A DNA stretch of 64,000 nucleotides from Octopus vulgaris (Eukaryota), in NCBI GenBank assembly GCA_951406725.2, contig OX597815.1:10788001-10852000 (forward strand). Direction: 5' to 3'. Below are positions 38,325 through 50,912 of the stretch, piece by piece. The notes under the pieces are model-generated. The model was given only the letters and a program-made list of their open reading frames with translations. It searched no databases and was not told the origin of the DNA. Position 1 is the first letter of the stretch; each line of letters starts with the position of its first letter. The position numbers and the translations under genes were made by a program.

Positions 38325-39890
38325 ATGCTTTCTTCGAAATGTGAAGTCATCACACGCAAAGAAACACACAACAAGAAGAAACTATACCACTGCGAAATAT
38401 GTGGAAAATATTTTGTTTCCAACAGTAATTTAACAACACATAAGAAAATACATACTGGGGAAAAACCGTTCCATTGTGAGATCTGTGGAAAATCCTTCAT
38501 AAATAGTTCAGAACTTGCTATCCACATCCGTAGACACAAAGGAGAAAAGGCTTACCAATGTGAGGTGTGTGGAAAATCTTTTATCACGAATGGTGATTTA
38601 AAAATACATGAACGGATACATACTGGGGAAAGACCTTTCCACTGTGAAATATGCGGAAAAGCTTTTGTTAATAGATCACAGCTTGTTGTCCACGTACGGA
38701 GACACACGGGGGAAAAAACTTATCATTGTGAGGTGTGCGGAAAATCCTTTATTACCAATGGTGACTTAAAAGTACATGAGAGGGTTCACACTGGGGAAAA
38801 ACCGTTCCACTGTGAAATCTGCGGAAAATCTTTTGTAAATAGTTCGCATCTGGTTGTCCACATTCGTCGACACACGGGGGAAAAGACGTATCATTGTAAA
38901 GTGTGCGGAAAATCTTTCGTTGCTAACGGTGACTTGAAAATACACGAACGAATACACACTGCGAAAAGTCTGTTCCACTGCGAAATTTGCGGAAAATCGT
39001 TCACCCACAATTCCCATCTTGTCATCCACATAAGTCGACACACGGGCGAAAAACCCTTTAATTGCGAAATATGCGGACAATCTTTCTTCACGAACGGACA
39101 CTTAAAAACACACGGCAGGATCCATACGGGGGAAAAACCGTTCCAGTGCGAAACGTGTGGAAAATCTTTCATTTATAATTCTAAGCTTACAATACACAAA
39201 CGTAGCCACACCGGCGGAAACTCATATTGTTGCGAAATTTGCGGAAAGTCGTTTATCAATAACTACAAACTTTCGATCCACAAACGTAGCCACACCGGAG
39301 AAAAGCCATATTGCTGTCAGATCTGCGGAAAATCCTTCGCTGCTAGCAGCAGCCTAACAACGCACAATAGGGTTCATACTGGAGAAAACCTTTTCCACTG
39401 CGAGATCTGCGGAACGTCTTTTACCACAAACGGTAGGCTTACAATTCACAAACGTAGTCATACTGGAGAAAAACCTTATCACTGTGAAATCTGTGGAAAA
39501 TCTTTTGTGTCCAACAGTAATTTAACAGCACATAATAGAATTCATACGAGAGAGAAACGGTATCATTGTGAAATCTGTGGGAAGTCTTTCATGAACAATT
39601 CGGATGTTGTTATTCACAAACGAGCACATAGCGGGGAAAAGCCGTATCCCTGCGATGTGTGTGGAAAGTCGTTCTCTGTTAATTCAAGCCTCGTAGTTCA
39701 CAAGAGGAGACATACTGGGGAAAACCCATTTCATTGTGAGATCTGCGGAAAATCTTTCACTCAGACTTCTAGTCTTGTCGTTCACAAAAGGATTCATACG
39801 GGAGAAAAACCTTACCACTGTGAGATATGTGGGAAATGTTTTGTCTCGAACAGTAAATTAACGATACACACAAAAATACACACTGGATAA
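38325..39890 (+). CDS. Tandem C2H2 zinc-finger protein, 18 fingers, paralog of 24140-25198
   Basis: Intact 521-aa ORF with 18 C2H2 fingers and TGEKP linkers. It shares recognition-helix motifs (VSNSNL, SVNxSLVVH) with the upstream gene. Confidence 0.95.
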   Translation: MLSSKCEVITRKETHNKKKLYHCEICGKYFVSNSNLTTHKKIHTGEKPFHCEICGKSFINSSELAIHIRRHKGEKAYQCEVCGKSFITNGDLKIHERIHTGERPFHCEICGKAFVNRSQLVVHVRRHTGEKTYHCEVCGKSFITNGDLKVHERVHTGEKPFHCEICGKSFVNSSHLVVHIRRHTGEKTYHCKVCGKSFVANGDLKIHERIHTAKSLFHCEICGKSFTHNSHLVIHISRHTGEKPFNCEICGQSFFTNGHLKTHGRIHTGEKPFQCETCGKSFIYNSKLTIHKRSHTGGNSYCCEICGKSFINNYKLSIHKRSHTGEKPYCCQICGKSFAASSSLTTHNRVHTGENLFHCEICGTSFTTNGRLTIHKRSHTGEKPYHCEICGKSFVSNSNLTAHNRIHTREKRYHCEICGKSFMNNSDVVIHKRAHSGEKPYPCDVCGKSFSVNSSLVVHKRRHTGENPFHCEICGKSFTQTSSLVVHKRIHTGEKPYHCEICGKCFVSNSKLTIHTKIHTG

Positions 39891-39913
39891 CGACTCATTT
39901 CGTTATATGTAGA

Positions 39914-40550
39914 AGGCAACGAGCTGGCAGAATTATAAACCTGCGGCGAGATGGCAGAGACGTTAGCACGTCGGGCGAAATGCGTAGCCGTATTTCGTCT
40001 GACGTTACATTCTGAGTTCAAATTCCGCCGAGGTCGACTTTGCCTTTCATCCTTTTGGGGTCGATTAAATAAGTACCAGTCACGCACTGGGGTCGATGTA
40101 ATCGACTTAATCCCTTTGTCTGTCCTTGTTTGTCCTCTCTGTGTTTAGCCCTTTGTGGGTAGTAAAGAAATAGGAATTTCATCTGCCGCTATGTTCTGAG
40201 TTCAAATTCTGCCGAGGTCGACTTTGCCTTTCATCCTTTCGGGGTCGATTAAATAAGTACCAGTTACGCACTGGGGTCGATGTAATCGATTTAATCCTTT
40301 TGTCTGTCCTTGTTTGTTCCCTCTATGTTCAGCCCCTTGTGGGGCAATAAAGAAATAAGAATAATAAACCTGTGGAGTGAAGTTCTTCACAGCATTTTGT
40401 CTGTCTTTATGTTCTGAGTTCAAGTTCTGCCAAGCTTCACTTTGCTTTTCATCCTATGTGGGGGTCGATGAAATAAGTACCAGTTGAATATTGTGGTCAA
40501 TATAATCAACTTCCCACTTCCTCGAAATTGCTGGCTTTGTGCCAAAATTT
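39914..40550 (+). mobile_element. Young SINE C dimer nested inside an older related SINE, immediately after the zinc-finger stop codon
   Basis: The outer head ggcaacgagctggcagaat is split by the TSD gaat(t/a)ataaacctg, and the old body resumes at about 40375. Confidence 0.8.
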
Positions 40551-40559
40551 TAAAAACCG

Positions 40560-41035
40560 TTATGAGATAAGTGGGAAATATTCAGTTGTAAATTCTTATA
40601 TTGCAATCTGTGAATGGACACAGGCAGGTAAAATGTCATTTTTTTATGGAATATGCAAGAAATTTTCTGTCTTCATCGGTATTTAATAACACAAGAATTT
40701 CACACCTGAGGAAAATTCTATCCTTACTAACTTCTGAGGAAAACTATTCTCTGTTAATTCGTGTCTAGTTTAAAAATGGAAACACTCTGGAAAAACTCAG
40801 TTCATTGTGAAATATGGGAAAACTATCATAGAAAATTTTATTTTTGTAATTCACAAAGAATATGCATTGGAAAAAGGAAAACTTACCATTATAAAATGTG
40901 TAGAAAATTGCTGTGAAATGTGTTGGAAATCTTTGGTCTTGATAACAGTTTAAAATGTCTTGAATCATGCAGGGAAACCCTACCACTGAAATATTTGAGA
41001 AATCCCTTATCACTTGTAAAATCACTTGTAAAAGT
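40560..41035 (+). pseudogene. Decayed C2H2 finger remnants downstream of the 18-finger gene
   Basis: Broken finger and linker-like DNA: cattgtgaaatatgggaaaa, ggaaaacttaccattataaaatgtgtagaaaa, tgctgtgaaatgtgttggaaatcttt, gggaaaccctaccactgaaatatttgagaaatcc. Many stops and frameshifts. Confidence 0.6.
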
Positions 41036-41044
41036 AGAAATACA

Positions 41045-41557
41045 TCTCTATATATATATTAGGTTATCCCAAAAGTTTGTAAACACTTGCGAAAATTTAA
41101 TTTTTACTCGCCAAGTACTAACAAAAACAACAAAAATTATTCCTCAAAATAAAGACCATTATTTTCCAAGACTTTCTACGAACTTTTGGGACAACCTTAT
41201 ATAAACGGCAAAATGTCTGTGTGTGTGTGTATCCTTTGTACAAATCCACAATTTTTCAGTTAGAAGGCTCGCACTTTCTATGGTCATTCAAAACCGTCCA
41301 AGGTTGGTCATGCACATCTTTACATTTCTCCAGTCACCCCGCAAAGCCATTAAAAAATCAATAGAAGTGACTTTTTTGTGAATTTTCTATCCAAAACCCA
41401 ATCAAAATGCCCGAAACTTGATACGCCAATTGAATGCCAGCTAGCTGTATGTGATTGGTCGGAGATTTGGACAGTACTCGCGTGTATGTGCGCATGCACG
41501 CAGCTGTATATGCATGCACTAGCACTATGACCTGGCGTTGCTGGGTCATAGTGCTAG
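41045..41557 (+). mobile_element. Non-autonomous Helitron (family H2) with a nested mariner MITE
   Basis: A|TCTCTATATA start, long 3' hairpin gcactatgacctggcgttgctgggtcatagtgc, CTAG|T end. Confidence 0.75.
41059..41198. mobile_element. Tc1/mariner-type MITE
   Basis: TIR aggttatcccaaaagtt / aacttttgggacaacct in a TA context. Confidence 0.7.
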
Positions 41558-42257
41558 TGTTATATAAATCCTTCCATGGCAAACTAAACTTTTTGTTTTT
41601 TCCAACAATTATGTTATGTTGAAAGTTTTGATTTTTCTCTTTGGATTTTCATCTTGTACATCATCATCCTTATCGTTTAACGTCTGCCTCCCATGCTGGC
41701 ATGGATGGAACGGTTTAACAGGAGCCAGCCTCGCAGAAGCCTGCACCAGATTTCACTGACTATTTTGGCAGGATTTTTACAGCTGGATGTCCTTCCTAAC
41801 ACCAAACGCCCTTATATGTATGGCACCTGAAGAACAAAGGGACCCCAATTGCAATCACATGGAAGATCCTACATCAACGGCAGCATGTGTTGCCAGCTGT
41901 GCATAGCAGAATGGGCAAGGATGTTGAAGAACTCCCTCGATCCGAGGAACATCTTAGAATCCTAGATGAAGTCTTCAGACCATGCTTACACTTCAGGCAA
42001 TTCCTACTGAAAACCTGGGACCCACAACCTGATTGGATGGATTCCAGTTAATGGTCTAAGGGAGGCAATCTCTTGCACTTTCTTGTTCGTGTGATCAATA
42101 ACTAGCCATGAAGCCTTTTCTCCATCCGCTTTGAAGAGAGGTTATATGCCACCGGTCATTAGGATCTGACGCGACGTATTTAAAGTTAAGCGCTTTATGG
42201 ATGCGAAACCATAGTAACCTTATAAACCAGCCGTAACTATCTTTATCTATAGAGGAT

Positions 42258-42590
42258 AAAGGGTAAAAGACCCCCTCCGGTCATGAATGACCATTAGATT
42301 GCGGGATTGTGCCTAGAGTTACCCTCTGAGGTACAAGTCATGGCAAGGTTGTTTGTAGAGGATCAGCAGTCGCCCATGCGCACTTACCTTTCCTCTCCAT
42401 GCCACCGATGTTAGGGAAAGCAAAGGATGATACAGCTTGACACGAGTGACGTTGCAACTCATTTCTACAGCTGAGTGAACTAGAGCAACGTGAAATAAAG
42501 TGTCTTGCTCAAGAACACAATCACAAGCCTGGCTCGAGAATTGAACTTACTACCTCATGATTGTGAACCAGACTCTATAACCACTGTGCC
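42258..42590 (-). mobile_element. Old tRNA-derived SINE (separate family)
   Basis: Reverse tRNA-like head at about 42530-42590 and a tgtgttcttgagcaagacacttta CORE-like motif. Confidence 0.6.
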
Positions 42591-42601
42591 ATATATATAT
42601 A

Positions 42602-42944
42602 TAATTTATATTACAAATAAGAAAATGGAGAAACACATTAGTTGCTTTATCAGTTTTAGGATATTAGAATGTTGACTTATTTATTTAACAAAACGAAATA
42701 AATAAGTCAACATTCTAATATCCGAAAGTTGATGAACCAACTAATGTGCTTCTCCATTTTCTTATTTGTAATATAAATTAATGGTAAAATATTTCTTTAC
42801 CTTCACCCATTTAATACAATAAGTAAGTTAATTGCATTGCAATTAAAAACAGTTGTGTATTAATAATTTGGGTGTTATACCAACAGTATATTGGATATGT
42901 ATTATCCCTTAGTGAGTTGGATCCACAACCCCTAACTTACTTGG

Positions 42945-42946
<2 letters not shown>
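42602..42946. repeat. (TA)n-embedded fold-back element: 85-bp inverted arms plus tail
   Basis: Arms 42602-42686 and 42696-42780 with a 9-nt loop. Confidence 0.85.
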
Positions 42947-42982
<36 letters not shown>

Positions 42983-43506
42983 ATACTTCTTAATAAGGAA
43001 TAACAAGAAATTATCAGGTATACCTCATATCGAAAATATGTATATATATTGTAATAATGCCCTCTATATAATATGTATATATGACTGTAATATCTGTGTG
43101 TGTGTTAGTATTTGTGAGATGTCCTTCCATTAAAATAAGAAAAAAATCTTTGTGAATTATAAACTTATAGTTGATAAATTAATTCACTTTTGCCATTAAA
43201 GCGTCTTAGAAAGAACGTTTCATTATGATGAACAAAACTATGGAGTAAAGCTTTACACTTGGGAAATTTCTGAAATTCATTCTTTTACAAAAGACATGGT
43301 AAACAAACAAATCTGTACCAGAGAAAAAAAAAATTACCGAGGTGACTTACTGAAAAATATTCTCAACGAATAGACATAAAAAGAACAAATAACTGAGATA
43401 TACTTGCAAAATAATTGTTGAAATATATATTTATATGTAAATTAGAAACTTGTAATTAAAACCTTGTAACCTTGATATTTGTTGATTGGTATTTTCTGAG
43501 CAGTAA

Positions 43507-43738
43507 GGTGGCGAGCTGGCAGAAACGTTAGCACGCCGGGTGAAATGCGTAGCCGTATTTCGTCTGCTGTTACGTTCTGAGTTCAAATTCCGCCGAGGTC
43601 GACTTTGCCTTTCATCTTTTCGGGGTTGATAAATTAAGTACCAGTTACGCACTGGGGTTGATGTAATCAACTTAATCCGTTTGTCTGTCCTTGTTTGTCC
43701 TCTCTGTGTTTAGCCCCTTGTGGGTAGTAAAGAAATAG
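43507..43738 (+). mobile_element. SINE family C monomer
   Basis: TSD ggtattttctgagcagt. Confidence 0.85.
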
Positions 43739-44234
43739 GTATTTTCTGAGCAGTTCAAGGTGTCTTTTTCAAAATTCTTTGGCATCCCTCTTCCATAAGT
43801 TCTACTCTCTCCAAGACAGTAGAACCTGTGGACAGGTGAAACTAAGGAAGACTTAGGACAAAGTAACAAAGACTGACCTGAAGATACATCTCACAGAGGA
43901 GATGATAAAGAATCATTCTGACTGGTGATAGGTGGTGCTACAGTAGACATGTCCACCTATGGAAAGGGTAGTGATTAAGAATCCATAACACATGTATGGG
44001 TGTGCATCTATATGTTTGTATACTATTCTCCTCCAACCCTATCTTACTGCCTGTCACCATATATCCCTTCAAGAATCTCATCTCTTCATCACTCACAGTA
44101 CATACTCCTAAGCTCTCTCTATTGCCACCCAGCAACATCTCTTACCTTTATCTCAGTACCCCTCTTACATCTAGGATGCCCTCTAGCATTTCTTTCCATT
44201 GTACCCGCTGTTCTTAAAGATACCTATTGAGTCA

Positions 44235-44578
44235 AGTACATCAACATCAAAATAATAATTCAAATGGAAATTGTAGTTAAGACACCCGTGCTGGTGAAAC
44301 GTAAAAAGCACCGTCCGAATGTGGCAGATGCCAGCGCTGCCTGGCTGGTGTCAACCGATCGTGGCCATTTGCCAGCCTGCTCTGCCCCCTGTGCAGGTGG
44401 CACGTAAAAAACGTCCACTACACTCACGGAGTGGTTGGCGTTAGGAAGGGCATCCAGCTGTAGAAACACTGCCAAATCAGACTGGAGCCTGGCCTGGTGC
44501 AGCCTCCATGGCTTCCAGACCCTGGTCGAACCATCCAACCCATGCTAGCATGGAAAATGGACGTTAAATGATGATGTT
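44235..44578 (+). mobile_element. RTE 3' tail (two modules)
   Basis: Same UTR family. Confidence 0.8.
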
Positions 44579-45066
44579 GTACCCCACCCACTGTTTCTCT
44601 CACCTCTTTCACTCTTTCCTTCATTTCCACCATCTCCTTATCTACTTTACTTCTACAGTACTCTCACTCTGCTCTTCTTCTTCGTCCTACCTCTGTAGCA
44701 CTCTGCAGTATTCTACTTGCCATGCTCCCTCTGCCTCTTTTTGTCACACAGTCTCTCCAGCTTCTCTGCCTCTGCAATGTCCCAATCCACTCCTCATTTC
44801 TCCCTCTCTGACCTACCTGCACACCCTTACATCTCTCTTTCAATGATTTAAGATTCCTCTTGACCCTTTCCTGCCCCCATTTTCTCACACCTGTCTATAC
44901 TCACCCTTTATAATGTTGGATAGCTCTAGACTCCCCCTTTACACAATCTTCCTCATCACCTTTACAACACTATCCCTCTCTTTTTCTCAACCTGCCATTA
45001 ATCCCTTATTTCTCCCTATTCCTTGCCATACTTGTTTCTCTCCTAGGATCATTGCTCACTCTCTCT

Positions 45067-45470
45067 TCAGTTCCCCTCAGTTGAAGGGGCCACTTTAGGG
45101 CCTTAGTCTTTGAGGTAATAATCACCAGCAATGGTGCTACAAAAAAGCACTCAGTACTTTCTGTAAAGTGGTTGGCATTAGAAAGGGGATCCAGTGATAG
45201 AAACCATGCTGAAGGGGCCATTAGTGAACAATGCAATCCTTCAGTTCCCCTCAGTTGAAGGGGCCACTTTAGGGCCTTAGTCTTTGAGGTAATAATTACC
45301 AGTGATGGTGTTACAAAAAAGCACCCAGTACATTCTGTAAAGTGGTTGGCATTAGAAAGGGGATCCAGTGATAGAAACCGTGCTGAAGGGGCCATTAGTG
45401 AACAATGCAATCCTTCAACTCATCAGACCCTGTCAAACCATTCAACCCATACTAACATGGAAGTCAGATT
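45067..45470 (+). repeat. Tandem duplication (~173 bp x2) of an older RTE-tail variant
   Basis: tcagttcccctcagttgaagggg occurs twice. Each unit has aaaaagcac.cagtac...gtggttggcattagaaaggg. Confidence 0.75.
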
Positions 45471-45674
45471 TTAAATAATTGATCGGTTAAAAATTTCCAT
45501 GTTCTGCTGCTATTTTTCAACTAGTTGGCAAAATCCAAAGATCTCTCTTTGTGCAGTATGCCATTGTCATGGTTGTTGTTATTTAACTCAAGGTTAGTTC
45601 TGAGTGAACTGACCTATGATCAAGGGTTCCAACTTCAAAATTTCCATTTTTTTGTATATCTTTGTATATCGAAA

Positions 45675-46040
45675 TCGATCAAAAATCAATGGAAATTGTA
45701 GTTGTGATACCAGTGCTGGTGGCATGTAAAAGAAACATCTGAACGTGGCTATTGCCAGCGCTGCCTCCACTGGCCTCCGTGCCTGTGGCACGTAAAAAAA
45801 AAAAGCACCAACCGATCATGGTCACTGCCAGCCTCGCCTGGCACCTGTGTCGGTGGCACGTAAAAAGCACCCACTACACTCATGGAGTGGTTGGCGTTAG
45901 CAAGGGCATCCATCTGTAGAAACACTGCCAGATCAGAATGGAGCCTGGTGCAGCCTCCTGGCTTCCCAGACCCCAGTCGAACAGTCCAACCCATGCTAGC
46001 ATGGAAAGCGGACATTAAACAATGATGATGATGATGATGA
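45675..46040 (+). mobile_element. RTE 3' tail (three modules)
   Basis: Same UTR family with a (GAT)n end. Confidence 0.85.
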
Positions 46041-46342
46041 TAATAGATGTTTCCTTTTTTGAAGAGGGGGGCATTTTGCTGTTTCTTCCATTAACTAAAT
46101 CATCACATAAATGTCTTGGGCATTAACTGTAAGGTTGATAGCAGAGTGGATTTGTGAAAGCAGAGCATGAGTCTTAAATGTGTCTTTTACTTCAGATTTT
46201 GTAGAAATGGTTGAAATGCCGATTCTATGTTTGATTTTATGGTCCACCTCATTCTGGTGATGCTAGAATTCTGCAGGTAGGTGGGAATTCTCATGTATGT
46301 ATATATATATTTTTTTTTGTTACCTTTTTCTAGGTTATACTC

Positions 46343-46710
46343 ATTTTACTCTTTTACTTGTTTCAGTCATTTGACTGCGGCCATGCTGGAGCACCGCCTT
46401 TAGTCGAGCAAATCGACCCCAGGACTTATTCTTTGTAAGCCTAGTACTTATTCTATCGGTCCTTTTTGCTGAACCGCTATGTGACGGGGACATAAAGACA
46501 GTTGTCAAATGATGTTGGGGGGACAAACACAGACACACAAACATATAAATATACATATATACGATGGGCTTCTTTCAGTTTCCGTCTACCAAATCCACTC
46601 ACAAGGCTTTGGTCGGCCCCAGGCTATAGTAGAAGGTGCCACACAGTGGGACTGAACCCAGAACCATGTGGTTGGTAAGCAAGCTACTTACCACCACAGC
46701 CTCTCCTGTG
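46343..46710 (-). mobile_element. SINE family A
   Basis: Reverse complement match to family A. Confidence 0.85.
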
Positions 46711-47176
46711 TTATAATAACATCCATATTTGGATGGGGGTTGTTGAGTAGCATACTTTCTTTTTTATTTGTTGCTGTTATGGTCAAGTTTATTTGTTACA
46801 TTGTTGATTTTTTATAATCAGGATTGCACATTCGAAGTTCAAATTCCCCTGAGGTTGACCTCATCTTTCATCCTTTCATGGTTGATAAAATAAGTACCAG
46901 TTGAGTACTGGAGTCAGTGTAATCGGCTTACTCTGTCTCCTGAAATTGCTGGCCTTGTGCCAAAATTTGACCAGAAGGTAGAGCAGTTCAATGATTGAAA
47001 CAGACAAAAAAAAAATAAAAGAATAATAAAATGGCTAAAACAGCAGTTTGTTTGTCCATAGAAAAACACATCAGCGATGAACCTTTCTTTTCTTATCAAC
47101 TATTGCAAGTCATTGACTATTGCAGTTTGGAATAGCCAAGAAATTATGTCTATATATGGTTTTAAAGACATAATAT

Positions 47177-47615
47177 TCATCATCATCATTGTTGTTGTTT
47201 AACGTCCGCTTTCCATGCAGGCATGGGTTGGATGATTTGACTGAGGACTGGTGAACCAGATGGCTGCACCAGGCTCCAATCTTGATCTGGCAGAGTTTCT
47301 ACAGCTGGATGCCCTTCCTAATGCCAACCACTCCAAGAGTGTAGTGGGTGCTTTTTATGTGCCACCGGCACTAGGTCCAGTCAGGAGGTACTGGCAACGG
47401 TCACGGAAAATCATGTTTTTTTTCTGTTTTTACGTATCACCTGCACACCGGCACAAGTGCCAGTACGGCAACACTGGTAATGATCATGCTTGAATGGTGC
47501 TTTTTATGTGCCACCAGCATGAAAACCAGTTAGCTGCTCTGGCAACGATCATGCTTGGATGGTGCTCTTAGTGCTCCACTAGCACGGATGCCAGTCATCG
47601 AATTTGATTTCAATT
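47177..47615 (-). mobile_element. RTE 3' tail, reverse
   Basis: (CAT)n followed by the reverse UTR with several modules. Confidence 0.8.
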
Positions 47616-47639
47616 CCGGATATTTGGATTTCAAATTTA

Positions 47640-47930
47640 TGAGAAGTAGTTGCTGGCTTCTGTTACCTAGGTAACCAAGTCAGTAGTGAGGGTAGATGCT
47701 CCGAGTGCATAGCTGCTAGAATAAGAATAGGCTGGGCAAAGTTCAGAAAGCTCCTACCTCTGCTGGTAACAAAGGACCTCTCCCAGAGTGAAAGGTAGAT
47801 TGTGTAATACCTGTGTGTGAACAGCCATGCTACATGTCAGTGAAACATGGGCTGTGACCACCGAGGACATGTGTAGGTTTGTAAGAAATGAGACTAGTAC
47901 GCTTTGCTGGGTATGTAATGCCAGTGCATG
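47640..47930 (+). mobile_element. RTE reverse-transcriptase fragment
   Basis: EVVAGFCYLG...IAARIRIGWAKFRKLLPLL...SETWA. Confidence 0.8.
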
Positions 47931-48745
47931 CATGATTAGTTTCTTCTAGACAATATAGATTACTAGTATACAGATACCAAAATGCTAATCATTTCCAATT
48001 AGCCAAATTAGGATTTTTAAACAAATAAGAAGCATTCTCTTATACCCTGTTTCAACTTTTAAACTAATGCTATTAAGCATAACTATATAACATTTAACCT
48101 ATGTGTTTTATAGTTTGGTTTAAAATGAGATCCAGATCTGTGAAAAACATGTCTAAACTATTCAAATTCAATGTAGGGTAGAGTTTAGCTGAAAGCACTG
48201 ATGTAAATGTTAACCTCATCACCATCAACATCAACGTATACAGTCTGTTTTCCATGCTGGCATGGGTTGGATGGCTTGACAGGAACTGGTAAGGCCAGGA
48301 GCTGTACCAGGTTCCATAGTCTATTTTGGCTTGGTTTCTATGGCTGAATGTCCTTCACTTAAAGATAGACTAGCTGTGAAAATCCCCGAAGTAGAAACAA
48401 TACTGCATATTCATAGAATTATTTTTATAATTTGTTTATATTTATTTTATTATAAATGCAAAACAACACCATGGAGGGATTGGTGTAAGCTTAAATAATG
48501 AATCGCGATAGGTGAACTGCAATATGGCGAGGCATTACTGTACATGTACGCAGACATATATACATACAGATATAATAATAATAATGATATAAAAACATAT
48601 CTGGTCATAGGGAAATATCTTATTTGGAAACAGGTGAAGGTTGGTGACATGAAGAGCATCTGGCTGTTGAAAACCCACCTCAACAACCCATGGGAGCATG
48701 GAAAAATGGATGTTAAAATGATGATGATGATATTTATATATATAT

Positions 48746-49078
48746 ATGAGGCTGAGTAAAAAGTAAGCAACATTTTGAAACCTGAAATTCATCACAATTT
48801 ATTTCAACAAAGTAGAAATTTTATTCATCAAAGCAAGTACCATTACAATCAACACATTTTTGCCAATGAATTACAAGTTTGTTTATTCCGGTAACATAAA
48901 AATCTGGAGTTCTGGAGCCGATGGACTCTTTGAATGCACTTTCAGCATCGGTTTGATTTTTGAATTCCTCCTCTCGCAAGAAACCATCAAGGTTCTTGAA
49001 AAATTGGTAGTTGATAGGAGAAAGGTCTGGGGAATAAGCTGGGTGGGGAAGAACTTTGTAGTCAAGTGTATGGTTCTT
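48746..49078 (-). mobile_element. mariner transposase C-terminus and terminal region
   Basis: Minus strand reads VLPHPAYSPDLSPINYQFFKNLD...FYVTGINKLVIHWQKCVDCNG (YSPDL motif). Confidence 0.85.
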
Positions 49079-49513
49079 TAAGCCCGGTGCTTTTGCTGAA
49101 CCGCCAGGTTACAAGAATGTAAACACACTATACACCCAAAGTCAAGTGGTGGTGGTAATCAAACACATACACACGTACCCATACGACGGGCTTCTTTCAG
49201 TTTCCGACCACCAAATCTACCCACAAAGCTTTGGTCAGCTTGTGTTGTTCAAGGCTACACAGTGGGACTGAACCTGGAACCATGAGGTTGGGAAGCAAGC
49301 TTCTAACCACTTTTTTCTTAATTTCCTATTTATGTTTGTAACATCAATATTGTGTAATCTACACTTTGGGAAAGAGATTTCTACAAAATGTCGTTTAAAA
49401 TATGTGTTTTAGAGAATGTAATGAGGAAACAAGACCGGGAGAATAATCTGAACTGCCTAAAAAAATATATATATATACAATAAAATAAATAAAATAAAGA
49501 ACTAACATATTTG

Positions 49514-50093
49514 GGATCTTTTCGGTTTCAACGGCAGTTTTTTCTAGCGGTGTCATATGAAATTGTCACCCATAATTATGACCCTAGTATCGATCTATTG
49601 CATTTCAATCTGTTTTAGGGTTAGGGGTGGCGGGAAGGGTATCTTTTTTTCTTCAGAAATGTAAATAAACCCAATCTGTTTCTTAAACGAGGGACATATT
49701 CATACGGCACAGAATGTTTTTCTTACCTCAATAGACGTCATTGATTGGTTGAAACTGCAGAAATTGAAGGAAAAAAAACCCAACAAATATCTTACAAACT
49801 ATAGAATTTTCTCAATAAAGCCAAGAGAAAAAGATGTTTTATAAACACATTCTACCAGTATACGATGTTTAAAAGCGCTTAGTTACTCTCTTACTCTTTT
49901 ACTTGTTTCAGTCATTTGACTGCGGCCATCCTGGAGCACCGCCTTTAGTCGATCAAATCGACCCCGGGACTTATTCTTTGTAAGCCAGTACTTATTCTAT
50001 CGGTCTCTTTTGCCGAACCGCTAAGTGACGGGGACGTAAACATACCAGCATCGGTTGTCAAGCAATGCTAGGGGGACAAACACAGACACACAA

Positions 50094-50140
<47 letters not shown>

Positions 50141-50342
50141 CGACAGGCTTCTTTCAGTTTCCGTCTACCAAATCCACTCACAAGGCATTGGTCGGCCCGG
50201 GGCTATAGCAGAAGACACTTGCCCAAGATGCCACGCAGTGGGACTGAACCCGTAACCATGTGGTTGGTTAGCAAGCTACTTACCACACAGCCACTTACGT
50301 GGAAATTATTTTTAAAAACTGCCGTTCAAACCGAAAAGATCC
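49514..50342. mobile_element. MITE family M1 with perfect 8-bp TSD, containing a nested SINE A
   Basis: CATATTTG at 49506-49513 and 50343-50350. A reverse SINE A lies at about 49885-50293. Confidence 0.9.
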
Positions 50343-50580
50343 CATATTTGTAATCTACACTCTCGAAAACGTATTTCTTGCGTTATTTAATTAAAAAAAA
50401 AAAATACAACCTTCAAGAAGTCACGCGGAAACCGAGTCAAGAAGAAGGATGAAGGAATTTTGAAATTGAACCTGGTAATTCTAAAGAAGTCTTTCTCCCC
50501 CGTATGCAGTTTCAAAGCATGGGCAGATAACTCTATTTGGCGGAAAATAAATGTGACACAAACAGTAAAAGCTTTCAACG

Positions 50581-50912
50581 ATGCACACAGCAAGTGTTAT
50601 AATCTCTGTATTCATCCTACTTCTGTCAGATCCCAGTGGGAAATATCCCGTGCAGGCCGAACATAATGGGATATATCCATTCCAAAACACATCCTTGAGT
50701 TTTTCCGCCCGGGTGGACGATTTAGTCAGTCGCTTAACTATAAATGAAACTATTTTGCAGCTTTCACGGGGTGGGTCTGTGTATCCGGGTCCTGCCATTC
50801 CCAGACTTGGAATAAAACCATATCAATGGGACACGGAATGTCTCCGTGGAGATGCTGACGCAGGGCCGGCTACTTCTTTTCCTCAAGCCATTGGACTGTC
50901 CGCAGCTTTTAA
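50581..50912 (+). CDS. Glycoside hydrolase family 3 (beta-D-xylosidase/beta-glucosidase-like), coding exon 1
   Basis: Hydrophobic signal-like N-terminus, then YPFQNTSLSFSARVDDLVSRLT...IPRLGIKPYQWDTECLRG...ATSFPQAIGLSAAF, typical of the GH3 N-terminus. Ends at an AA|GTAAGT donor (phase 2). Confidence 0.9.
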
